DNA from: Podarcis tiliguerta
Taxonomy: Eukaryota
NCBI GenBank assembly: GCA_965153285.1
Contig: OZ229120.1
Length of the DNA: 64,000 bases
Direction: 5' to 3' (one strand)
Shown here: in pieces, positions 24,555 to 36,350 of the stretch
Layout: the number at the start of each line of letters is the position of its first letter
Position numbering within the stretch: position 1 is the stretch's first letter
Notes under the pieces: generated by a model
Database searches by the model: none
Seen by the model: only the letters and a program-made list of their open reading frames with translations
Told to the model about the DNA's origin: nothing
Made by a program: the position numbers and the translations under genes

Positions 24555-26979
24555 GCCAATGGACTATTTCATTCGTCATATGGGATGCAGTTGTGAGAGA
24601 AGTATGGGCCCTGCTGGATGGTGCCTCTTTCTGCCAGAAAACAACTGAATCGTTTCTGGCATGAGGGGAGTTGTTTGTTTTTGTATTTCTTGTTTTATTA
24701 AATTTCTCTTTTGTGACCTTATGCAAAAGGTGTATCGTTGAAAAACCAATTAAGAACCCTGACAAAAAGAAATGGTGGATGTTAGATTGCAAAGTCTGCA
24801 ATTTAATTTTTGTTTTGATGACTGCCTGTAAAACTCTGGCAGCCACCTCTGCTTGCATATTGTGTAATCCCTTCCCTTAAAAACAAAACAAAATTTAAAA
24901 GTTTGTGCCATTATAAAACATGTTAGGACTTTTAAACGGAGACTGGGAACACAGCCTCCACTTAAAAACAATGTGATGATACAAAGTATCTGAGGCTTCT
25001 CCAATTGTTGTCTTGAAAATATCAGGCTGATCTTAATGTTTATTGAGACATACACAACATTTTTATCAATAGGATGTCATTGCGAGTGAGTGCATTTATA
25101 TTGCGACTGGTCCAGCAAAGGGAAATTAAATTGACAAGACTCTTTTTGCTACGTGTTGGCTTTCTGCCAAGTTCCTCAAATTCAGTGAGTTTTATTATTC
25201 TTTGTGATAATAGTAGCAATACTACATGCAGCCTCACGATGACAATTTTATTTTTCTCTTTGATTATTGAGGAACAGTGCCAGTGTTTACAGTGATTTTT
25301 CTACTACATTGCTGCTTTTCTGAGATAGACAACTGCTTTATGTCAGACAAGGCCTGGTCAGTGTCAACAGGAGCCTGTCATTATCATCCCACAACCTCTT
25401 CTTCCTGCCCTTCTGTCTGAAAGGTTATTGCTGCCTGACACAAGGCACTCCAAAGCCATTCCTGAAGACTCCACATGCTGCCTGCGTAGCGGTTTAAACC
25501 TCTACAGATCTCAAGGGTAAAAATTAGATGATCTCATCTTGCTTTAAAATATGTGCTCTCCAGCTCAGCTTTGATTTCGCCTTTAAAAGAAATTTGTTGT
25601 TAATACAGAAGATATAGCAAGAATGGGTCTTAATTGTATGGTTAGACATTCCCTTTCCTTCTTTGTACTGAGCTGCACACTTTGAAAAATGCCTCAGAGG
25701 AGGACAAAACACAACTGAAAGCAGCAGCAGCGGCCTCCAGTTTGTTTGTTTGTTTTCAAGTCTTGCCTTTTTCCTTTTACTGGCATGGCATGAATGAAGA
25801 CAGAAGACAAGGGGGACTTGAAAGAAAAACGTGGGCGGAGGAAAGGAGCTTAGAGAAGGAAAGAGTGACTAACACTGCTTGATCTTAATAGGTTATGTGC
25901 TAAGTAATAATAATAAAAAAAGACCACAGGGTTGTGTGCAGCGACTGCTTTTCCAGCACAACTTCACAAGCCTTGGCATTGTACCAAAAAGTTGGTGTAA
26001 GATCCTGTGAAGCAGAGTGCGGGTGGTCCAAAAGAAGGGTGCCATTGAATTTCATCCCAGGGGGTCTTATGAGAGCATGAACACCAAACACAGAACAACT
26101 ATATGCCAATATACATCGCTTTGCGTGCAGGTACCAAGGTTGTGGGAAGCAATCCAAAAGTCACTGCCAGCCCTGTATAGTTATGAGTGACCAGCCATGT
26201 TCTGTGCATTGATAATTATGGGCTCCCAAGAAACCGGTGATATAGCCCACAACATGATATTTGCAGATTTCACAAGTGATAAATGTTAAATGACAAATTA
26301 TTAAAAGGAAAGTGTTTTGTAGGGAGTTCTGCTGATGAAAAGTAAGAGATGTTCCTCTGTCAAGAAGGGTATTTGGGTGGCTTGAATATTATACAGCAGG
26401 CAGTTTCTTGACTTTATTGGCAGAGATTATTGAAATAACTTGTCTTTGTTGTGAAGGACTTGGCAGGAAAGTTATGTGCCCAATATCAAAGGAAAGTTAC
26501 ATGCTAGATATCAAAGAAATTTTCCCAATGAAGACAAGGGAATTTGTAAATAAGGGTTCTGAAGGATAGCACACTTCAGAATATGAGCACAGTGGACATT
26601 TTACAAAAATGATGTTTCATAAATACAATGGATTGTTTTATGTTAAGTTCTTAGACACTTGTCAGAATAACCCATATAATGGTGAGAAAAGGGCATGTTG
26701 TTCCCAAGCTCTTTGGAAGTTTTATGTTGTAACTATCTGCAAAGAATGAGAAGAAGAATTCACAACACTGCCAACCACAAACAGATTTCCACACTGAGAC
26801 TGTAATGGTCAAAGAATAATAGCAATGGCCACTTACCAGACAACAGAGAGGATTTAGCAATAATTGCTTCTTTCCCACCTCTTACATTTTCTCTGTTATC
26901 TCCAAAGTGGTTAAACATCAATACAGGGTAGTAGCGAATACAAACGTGAATGTTTGATATATTATTAGTAGTAGTATTA

Positions 26980-27137
26980 CCATATTTACACGAATCTAAT
27001 GTGCACCTTAATTTTCAAAACCTTGAAACCAAAAAAGTATTTGCTAGCAAATTTAAATGCTCCATCAAATCTAATGCGGACCTCAATTTTCAAGACATAA
27101 TTTGGCCAAAAATGGGTGTGTATTTGAGTAAATACAG
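26980..27137. mobile_element. Tc1/mariner-type MITE
   Basis: TA|ccatatttac ... gtaaatacag|TA; both TIRs are CpG-decay variants of CCGTATTTAC. Confidence 0.7.
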
Positions 27138-27469
27138 TATCATCATCATCATTATTAAATTTGTATACAAACCTTCATCAGAAGATCACAGGGCAGTTCA
27201 AAACCAATTAATCAATTTTGCAAACAGATGCTTCTGCCCAACTTCTTTTACACTTTAGAAGAGAAACTAAAGAAGGAGAATAGACAACTCTTTCCTCCTT
27301 TAGCATTTCCATCAAGTGACATTTCAGCAGCAGAAATATCTTAAAGAAATCTTTGCTTAGCTCCAGGATACATTATGCATTCATTGGAGTCTGAGAACAA
27401 AACCTAATTGCTCCATGCAGTGGTTAGTGTTTAAACTAAGTGAACTGAGTGGAGATGGCACATAATAAT

Positions 27470-27800
27470 ATAAGAACATAAGAAGCACCTGCTGAATTAG
27501 GTCAGTGACCCACCTGGTCCAGCATCCTGTTCTCACCGTGGCCAACCAGATACCTATGAGGAGGGATGGATTATGGGGAGTGTGAATGGTTCAGTCACAC
27601 TGGACACACTTCCTGGGGGGCACTGCAGGGGGCGTCACAACGATGATGTATAATGGAAGGTGAGAGGCGGGAGGGTGCTAAATTTTGGCGTTGTCCAGGG
27701 CGCCACTGAAATTTGAGACCAAGGTTCTCCACTGCTATGAGAAACCCACAAGCAGGACCTGAGAACGAGAGCACTCTCTCCCAGCAACTGGTCCTCAGAA
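27470..27800 (-). mobile_element. CR1 3' fragment interrupted by a DNA-transposon MITE (27561-27734)
   Basis: aagaacataagaagcacctgctg...agatacCTATGAG [insert] CTATGAGaaacccacaagcagg; duplicated target site. Confidence 0.75.
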
Positions 27801-28349
27801 TCTTTAGTCCCTACTTCTTTTAATCAGCAAAACATCTGCATCTACAAATGGGCAATGAAGTCAGCCCTACCTTGAGGTGCAGCAAGCCAGCTACCAAATG
27901 TGGCAATTTTGGATGCCCTTGAAAGGATGCCAAGGTGTCAGTTACTTAATATTTCTGTGTATGTCTTTATTGCAGTTTAAATATTTTGGGTTGTATCCAA
28001 AGGTAATGTAAGCAACAGGCAGCTTGTTCAGCCAAGCTTTCTCTCCAGCTCCCTGTAACCTCTCCAGAAAAGCCTGTTAGAGGGTTAGAAGGACCTGCTA
28101 AGCACTGTGGTTTATGAAGTATAGGGTTGTGATGGGAGGAAAGAGATCTTGTGAAATTGGGCAGGAGAATCTTACATGAGCCATGTGTGTGTGCGCATGC
28201 ACACTCTTAAAGAGACCATACATATCAAACTTCTTAAGTGTTTTAAAATTAATTATTGGTGTGCGTGTTTCACAAAGTTATTTATTAACTTATGCCACTC
28301 TTACAGTCCTCTTCATTATTGTTATCAGAGTGGACTCCACAGTTAGAAG

Positions 28350-28510
28350 CAATAAACCTCTGGATACCAGTTGCTAGGGATATCAAATGCAGAGGGTGTC
28401 AGATCCTGCTTGCAAGCTTCCCAGGGGCATCTGGATGCCCACCGAGAGAACAGGATGCCAGACTAAATGGGCCTTTGGCCTGACTCAGGAGGCTTATTAT
28501 GTTCAACTTA
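28350..28510 (+). mobile_element. CR1 3' end fragment
   Basis: Reverse complement of the 12725/27470 sequence; ends ggcctgactcaggaggcttattatgttc. Confidence 0.65.
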
Positions 28511-28833
28511 TGTGTGACACACTGAGATGTGATGACTTAGCCCCATAAGAGAGTCTCCCAAAGCCATATAAACAAGGAGAGCTTAAAAGCTCTGCACCTT
28601 TCTTACAAGGTAAGACCCGTTTGGTGTGCTTGGTCTAGAAGTTAAGATTGCTCATGCAGATGTGGTGTGATGATTTTAATGTATATGCTCCATCCCAGGA
28701 AAGTAATCCCTGCGGAAGATGGAAGCTCACTGTACTCACCATCACACTTACTTATTTTATTGCATCTTTTTTTTTTATTATGGAGAAAGCCTCATTTGCT
28801 AAAGTGACCAAAAGGTTTGAGCTGACCCTAGGG

Positions 28834-28969
28834 TAGGGGTGGAGAACATGTTCTTCAGATGCTGTTGGACTATGTCTCCCATCATCCCTTACCATTGGCC
28901 ATGCTGGCTGGGGCTGATTGGCAGTCAAGTCCCATAACATCTGTATAGAGTACAGAGTCCATACCCCTG
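28834..28969. mobile_element. hAT-type MITE, ACTACAACTCCCA family
   Basis: taggggt...acccctg termini; TSD ccctaggg/ccctagca. Confidence 0.7.
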
Positions 28970-30736
28970 CCCTAGCAGATAACATATCAATAAGTACATT
29001 ACCACACCATTTGTATTAGCTAGCAACATGTCATGTTTTCTTGGCATTTCTTGTTGCTTCAGTGGTCCTACACATATACTGGGTTTCCTCATATGCTTTT
29101 TTTCATCACAAATAGGTTGTTCTAGCAGATCAATACACCTTACTCCACCAAGCAACGTGATTGCATCCCATGGGATTTTTATTGAAACCAATGCATATTA
29201 TGAGTGCATGGACTGAAATGCAGTCCGCTTATAATTCCTCCCATGCCACCGCCACAAGACCTAATCAGATTAACACTGTAAGTTATACGAAAAGTGTGGA
29301 ATGCTATTACCTCTTTGTCTCTGCTTCAATATTTCATTCATTTTCTGCTCGATTTTTCATTTTAATAAAATGATATACATTGAAGTGGCTTTTCTTACAA
29401 AATACGTAAAAATATTAAAGGCAAACTTTTCAAGAGCTGGAAATGCTTTGATTGTGAGAAGAAAATAAAGTTTGAAGTGGTCATTAGTAAAACTTTGCAA
29501 AAAAGGCGGGGGGGAGCACTTGAAGCAAATGAAAAAAAAGAAGAAGCTTTAATTTGGCCAGGAGCAACATATGTCTCAGGGTACTTTCTTTGTGTACGCA
29601 AAGTAAAATTAGGAGAAACAGCACTATCTAAAATCCACATCAGACTGCCTAGAATGATCTTGATCTTTTAAGTTGCTCCCTCTTTATACGCACCATGTGT
29701 GGCGCTTCCCTGTGGTTTGTTATTTTTCTTCAATAGCAGGAGGAGGAAACGAACAATGCTCAGCAACCACACTGCATAGCGCAGGGTAACCATGGAAGCA
29801 TTTGTCCACTTGCTAGGGCCTCTCCAGAATGATCCAGCCATTCATTTCATTGAATCAATATTGAAGCTTTTAAGGATTTATTATTCGGGAGCTGGGACAA
29901 AACCAATGAAACCAAAAAAGACTGGCTTCTTTTTTTCTCCCCATTCAATCCGTTTGGTCATGTTAAACATATTTGTATCTTGCAAACTCTTTTAGTTTCT
30001 TGCAGGATGAGCTACATTATGGCTTATGAAGAGTCGTAAGATGTTGGCATTAACATTCCTGATACTCCGTGAAAGGAAATCTATGGATTTATAAAGCGTT
30101 CTGCCAGCCTTGTAAAAAGGAGGAGTCCGATGCGGACACAAAAGGGGCAAAAGAATGGGGGTGGAGCAAATCTGACTTAAAATGCACAAGGAAAGCTTTT
30201 AAAAACATTTTGCTTATTTTGGAAGGCCCCTTCCACCCCCTGCACATACTGTTGAACTATGCTCTCACCTCTGAGCTTTTTTGACAAGGGCTTTCCAAAC
30301 ATTTAAAATAAAATAATTGATTTCTAAGGCTACATATATTGACTGTGTTTGAATGTCATAGTAAGCATAGTTGAGATTCCTGCATTGTAGGGGCTTGGAC
30401 CAGATGACTCTCATGGTCCTTCCAACTCTATAATTCTATGGACAGTTTGCCCCAGTTTTATTCCTGCTCCCTCGAGAGCAGATGCAGCAAACCACAATCT
30501 TTGGTTTACAGGATTGTGTCCAAACGAGGATTGTGGTTTGCTCAAATTAGGCCTACATTACTTTTGGGCAGGGTATCTTTCCCACCCCAACTCCAGGAAG
30601 CCAATACAGAACCACCACAAAAAGCCTAAAAACAGATCATATAGTACATCTGATATAAATACTGTTTTTCATAGCTGTTTCTTACCTGTCTACCTAAGGT
30701 TTGTAGAACACCATACATAACAACAGTGTTTTATGA

Positions 30737-30777
30737 GCAGCAGCAACAACAACAACAACAATAATAATAATAATAAT
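30737..30777. repeat. Compound (CAG)(CAA)(TAA) microsatellite
   Basis: Direct reading. Confidence 0.9.
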
Positions 30778-32276
30778 GCAGGTAATAATAACTAGCACTA
30801 GTTACTGTATATTGGCAATTGCTAGGTGACAAAATTCACTTCAACACTTGGTAAAATAATGTTGACCAAGCTACCCTAGGAGAGCTTGGTCATCTGAATG
30901 AGCTCTAGATTAGCTGCCCATATGATTGAGCTGCGTTTCTTCCCTTAAAATTGCTTCTGCAAAACAAGTTTCCTGCCTTTTCCAATTATTTAACTCCTTT
31001 CTTCCTCAAAGATACTAGTAGGATTGTCTAATATGTTCCTCATTTGCAAATTCTGATTTCAACCCCAGGCAAGTAGTGAAGGGCAAGCAAACTGAGTTCC
31101 TACAGTTGCACACACAGGTGTCACGCAATGATTAATACTGACCCTGTTAACTCACTTAATATGCACTGTTAGAATAAGTGAAGTAATTTACATAGGGAAG
31201 GAGAAAGGCTGTATTCACATTAGTATTCATAGGTTGTGCAGCTACTGTCCTGTTCATCAAGTTGAAAATATACCCTTTTGTATGGTGATGGGAAAATGTC
31301 ATTAGGTACAAATGGTTACAGAAAGGAGTGTAGCAGGGTCACAGCAAATCCCCCTTATTTTGTTTTCCTTGAGGAAGTGCTCTGCTCTAGCAATGCTTAT
31401 TTGATCCAATAGTGTCTGTAGCGTCTGTCTGGATAGAAATGCTGGGATTCCCTTAACCTGACCTTCCCCCTTGCTGTACCACCCAATATTTTAAAAGTAA
31501 TGTTCTGCTAAAGATACATCAGCAGTGATATGTGGCACGATAAACACCCAGCTTTGTCACAGGAATTGCTGAGGAGAGTCTACAAACCTCTGTTGGTTTC
31601 CACCCACAGCTATGTGACTGGTGTTAAATAAAAAGCAGTCTTTCAAAAACAATGCATGAGGGCTGAGTTCTCAGTTTCTTTGCTATTGACAGTTCCACTT
31701 TTTTTCATTGTCATGTCCAAAAAGGGACTTGGCTGGAAGTTTCTCTAGCTGTCACTTTGTGGTTGATTTATGCTATGTTGTTTGCAATTCAAGGATGTTT
31801 ACGTTATTCTGGTTGTGTTCTGAAAGTTCACTTGGTGAAAAAAGGCAGGTTCTAAGTTCTTAAAATAACACAAAGATTTTTCTTAAAAAAAAGGTTTCAA
31901 ATGTGCCTTGTCAATAGGTGAGTAACATTAACAGTTGACATTTCTCTTTAGCCACTAAGCTTTTCTGCCATCTACAGACATCACAAGTAAAATGAACAGT
32001 TCTGCTTAGAAAGATCATTTCAATTCATCCATTAACAGGCAAATCAGCCAAGCTCTTCTCCTCATGCTTCTCTTTGGGGAAGGCAGGCAGATTATTAATT
32101 CCTACATGTAAATCATAGTTACTAAATGAGTACTGTATTAATCAATATATAAGCATATATTAACTAACAACCTTCAGATTATTAGCTTAGAATGATCAAA
32201 GTACACGGTGTCCATTGTTAAGAGGAATCCCTGATCTGGACCTTGTGTGGAAATGAATTCAATCCACCAGTGTGGT

Positions 32277-32530
32277 GAGAGCCAGTGTGGTGTAGTGGTT
32301 AAGAGGGGTGGACTCGTAATCTGGTGAACCGGGTTTGCATCTCCACTCCTCCACATGCAGCTGCTGGGTGACCTTGGGCTAGTTACACTTCTCTGAAGTG
32401 TCTCAGCCCTACTCACCTCACAGAGTGTTTGTTGTGGGGGAGGAAGGGAAAAGGAGATTGTTAGCTGCTTTGAGATTCCTTAGGGTAGTGATAAAGCAGG
32501 ATATCAAATCCAAACTCCTCTTCTTCTTCT
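32277..32530 (+). mobile_element. Full-length tRNA-derived SINE (Squam3-like)
   Basis: GAGAGCCAGTGTGGTGTAGTGGTTAAG head with A box; degenerate B box GGGTTTGCATCTCC; gctgggtgaccttgggctag core; (CTT)n tail. Confidence 0.85.
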
Positions 32531-32726
32531 ACCATAACAATGTGCTTCAAAGCTTTACTGCAGAACAGTCTTAAATACCAGTTACAATAAGATAAACGGT
32601 ATGAGTTTAGGGACTGTGAGCATCATCATGGGAGGTGTGTTTTTAGGACTAAGGTTTGAAACTGTGAAGCTCCCTGGTTATTTTTGCTATTGGATGCTGC
32701 ATGTTGTTTAAGTACCGTAATCAGTC

Positions 32727-32770
<44 letters not shown>
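32727..32770. repeat. Compound (AT)n(GT)n microsatellite
   Basis: Direct reading. Confidence 0.95.
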
Positions 32771-34112
32771 ATGTATAGTATCAAAATGTGGCTTTTTGTA
32801 TGTTATTGTATTTGCTATAGTTTTGCTATGTCATTATGAAATTGTTACTATGCTACTGTTTTTCTATGTTATTATGAAATTGCTTTTGTCATGTTTGTTT
32901 GAAATGTAGCCCTGTTTTCTTTGTTGTAAACCTCTTTGAGCATGTTTTGCGTTTTTTTGGTGTAAAAGCATATAAATAAAATGAATGAATAATATTTAAA
33001 ATGTTTGCAAACAAAATAACCCCAACACATTTTTTGTATGAAGTAAGATCCAAGTTATAAAGATGAAAAATTCCTGCTTTTTGCTCTTGCTTTTTAATGT
33101 TTTGGTAGACACGGTACTCCCCAGTCAGATGCACTAAAATCCTGGATAGCTGAATTGCTTTATATGGGACAGCAATCACTTCTCTGCAAGACAAAATAAA
33201 CAGAAAAGGTTTAAAAACAAACCAATAAGATGTTAGAAGTGATGAGATGCAACTCAGATTACACTGAAGGCTGATGTGTCTATTGTACATACAAAAAAAG
33301 AGAGAGGAACCTCCAGGTTTTGTAGAGTAGACTGTCCTTCTTCCTGACCTAACTTTTTTCCTTGCCTCAGGTATGCTACTCCAGCATGGATTCAGTATTC
33401 AGGTATGAAGGAGGAGGAGCATCAACATAGTCTCAGACTGCTTGGGAAGTACCATGGGCAGATTTAGGCAGCTGTGGGAAAGCGGGGACATTTAGCCTCC
33501 ACAGTTGCCTCATAGGGGCAAGACCTACTGAGAAGAGTTGCTGTGCTCATTGGGCCTGGTACTTCTAAGCTGGCTGTGTTTCTTGTAGTAGTTAATTTCA
33601 CTTACTCCATGTGATTTATTCCTGACACCCACTTCTTGTCTGACATGGAGCTTTAAAGGGCTTTCTTTTTCTTTGCACCAGAGCTTTCCCTGCAAAAAAC
33701 TGCTCTTTAATGCTGAATGGGAGCATGCAATGTGCAGAAAACCTGAATTGCTGCTTGTTGCACCACAGCTTTAAATAGTGATGGTCCTGTGCCTGGGAAT
33801 TGTGGGGCAAAAAGGTAAGTGTGGATATGCCCTAAAGAGCAATTTCCCCTAGGAAAGGAGTGGGCCAAAGGCAAACCCGCTCAGGCCTTGCTTTCGTTAG
33901 CAAGGGACAAGCGGAAGTGTGCATGATGTTTTCCACCTTGTAGTCGTGCTTCAGGGTTTCAACAGTTCAAGTCAGGATGTCTCAACCCCCGACTTTCGTC
34001 GTAATACTATTGCAGCGCAAATGACTCTCTTGGGTTGGACCGGTGGGACGGATGATGGTGTCTTGATCGGGTGTGCATGGGCGGTTTTGTTTTTTTAACC
34101 CATGATGTATTC

Positions 34113-34237
34113 CAGGCATCCCCAAACTCGGCCATCCAGCAGTTTGGGGACTACAACTCCCATCATCCCTAGCTACCAGGACCAGTGGTCAGGCATGATG
34201 GGAACTGTAGTCCCAAAACAGCTGGAGGGCCCAGTTC
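34113..34237. mobile_element. hAT-type MITE, ACTACAACTCCCA family, abutting the LYSMD3 CpG island
   Basis: Inverted arms gggactacaactcccatcat / atgatgggaactgtagtccc. Confidence 0.8.
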
Positions 34238-34339
34238 GATCCTCACCCTCGAAAACCATTCCAACCCACTCGTTTATAGAGAATGGTTAGGACTAGATCC
34301 CAGAGTTCAACCAACAAGTTGTGACTCCTGCCCAGACTT

Positions 34340-35290
34340 TTGCCACGCGCGGTCCGGAGGCTCCCTGCCCCGCTTCCCCGCCTGGAAACAGGGAGGACCC
34401 TGCCTGCTTGCCGAAACGCTGCGCAATACGCAGCCACTAACCCCCCCCCCCTAAACTGCCCCCCTCCCACAACGCGCCGCTCTTCCTGAAGCCGGAGCGG
34501 AGGAGAAACCCTCTCCAAACACCCGAGCGCGACAACCTCCCCTCTCCGCCGTTGGAGCCAGCCGCCTTTGCGCCTGCGCACACTCCCCGCAGCTCCCTCC
34601 GTCGGGCCTTGGCGGCGGGCGAAAAAAAAGGGGTGGCGCTAATTTGCGGACGTGGCGCCGGCGCCGCTCCGCTGCCTCGGCCGGGGCCTGGCCTGTCAGC
34701 GCGGAAATAAGGCGAAGCGGCTCCTCGGAGGCGGCCATTGCCAAGAGCGGGTCGGGAGGGACAGGTGCCGCCTCCAGTGTGAGGGGCGGCGAGAAGTCTG
34801 TCACCGTCGAGCCGGCGGCTGAGGCGGGAGGCTGGCATGTCTCTTTCGCGGGCTGCCTGCCTCCACAAAGAGGAGCCCCTTCCTGAGGGAAGCAGGTAGG
34901 GTGGAAGGCGGGCCGCTGCGGGGCCCGGAGCTGCAGTCCCAGGGAAAAGGGCCCGCTCTGGCTGCTTCTCTTTTTGCCCCCTTGGTTAGGAGCGTTTGCT
35001 GTTCCCGAGGGGTCGGAGGGGGGGTCGGCGGAAGCCCAGCTCGGCCGGTGAAAGAGCCGCCAGTTGGGGGTGGGCAGCGCAGTTGGGGCCCTCGGATGCT
35101 GCTTTCCGGTTGGCCGCCGGGGGCCGGACTAGACGGGCCACACTGGCCTGGCCCAGCAGACTCCTCCGATGCCCTTCATCATGCGATGCTCTGGTCGGGG
35201 TGGGTGGGGGCTCCTTAGGCATCCTCGCGTCGCTCACTTCTGAGGGTCTTCGGGGGGGGGGGAGGCGCTTTTGATGACAACGCGTGTTGT
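34340..35290 (+). promoter_or_regulatory. CpG island / promoter of LYSMD3 with a probable non-coding exon 1 ending at donor 34895
   Basis: CpG-rich; NRF1-type TGCGCCTGCGCA at 34569-34580; ETS-like CGGAAA near 34702; YY1-like GCGGCCATT near 34731; donor GCAG|gtaggg at 34895/34896. Confidence 0.8.
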
Positions 35291-36080
35291 TGTTATTTCA
35301 CTTCGGAATGGGAGGCGAACTAGGCCTTCTGGGTTTTAAGGGTCCTCCTGCTCATCTTGCCAAGGGGTGGTCCAAAGTCCTGCCCTCCTGAGTGCTCCGC
35401 TTCTAGGTTTTGTCAGCCTTCCTTTCTGGGCTCAGCTACCTGGGTGTTTAGGATGTGTAGCTTCCAGACCATCATTCAGCAGGTGTCACTTTTCCTCCAA
35501 CTTGTTACTGTTAAAAAGACGCAGAAGGCTGTCAGAAGCAAACTTGGCTTCTTCTTACAGGTCCAAGCCCCACTCCTCTGCCCAATAGGCAAGCTTGATG
35601 TAGGGATCCCTATAAAGATAATGCCCAGATAATGTTGATGGGGGTTGGTTAGGAGCTGAGAAGGTGTGTTTCTGTGGTGGGCAGGTGGTTCTTGTATACA
35701 CTGTAAATCAGAAATAGGATTGCTTCCTACTGAAATACTTTGCTTCTCATATAGATTACTAGATAGTTTTCTTACTTCCAAATATGCAGGTTCAGTGATA
35801 GTTTTCATTCTCTGTTCTTCTCTCTCCATCCTCACAAGCACTGTTGTCTCTCTAGTGTCCATTTCTATTTGTTTTGTTTTCAATTATTAACCTGGAGAAT
35901 CTGTGCATGCCAAATGGTTTGGTGTGTTTTTTAGGAATATGTGTGGGTTGGCAGCAGGGAGGTGAAATTGTTGTCCTATTGCTCATAGGTATTCTATATA
36001 AATTAGTACTTAAGCTGGGATGCTCTAATTGACTGGTTGTCCTGTTTTTCTTTTTCTTCTGTTAGACTCCTTTTGACAGA

Positions 36081-36350
36081 ATGACAGCAAAAAAACAGAA
36101 TTTCAGTTTCCAGCTCCCTGCTGTAGTGCAGCCCACAGTGGATAATCATTTGTATACATTTGGGAATGGTATCAGTTCTGACAGTGATGTGCTGGAAGAT
36201 GAAACGGAGCTGTATGAATTGCGACCCAGGGGAAGGGAGAAAGTCCGAAGAAGTACATCAAGAGAAAAGATTGATGATATCGTATTTATAACCAAGGATA
36301 TAAAGGAAGGAGACACACTAAATGCAATAGCGCTTCAGTATTGTTGTTCA
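36081..36350 (+). CDS. LYSMD3: LYSMD3 first coding exon
   Basis: ATG at 36081 ... QYCCS|gtaagt; 270 nt, phase 0. Confidence 0.95.

Noticed and set aside
34243-35274. Multiple ORFs in the LYSMD3 CpG island
   Set aside because: GC-rich artefacts with no homology signal.
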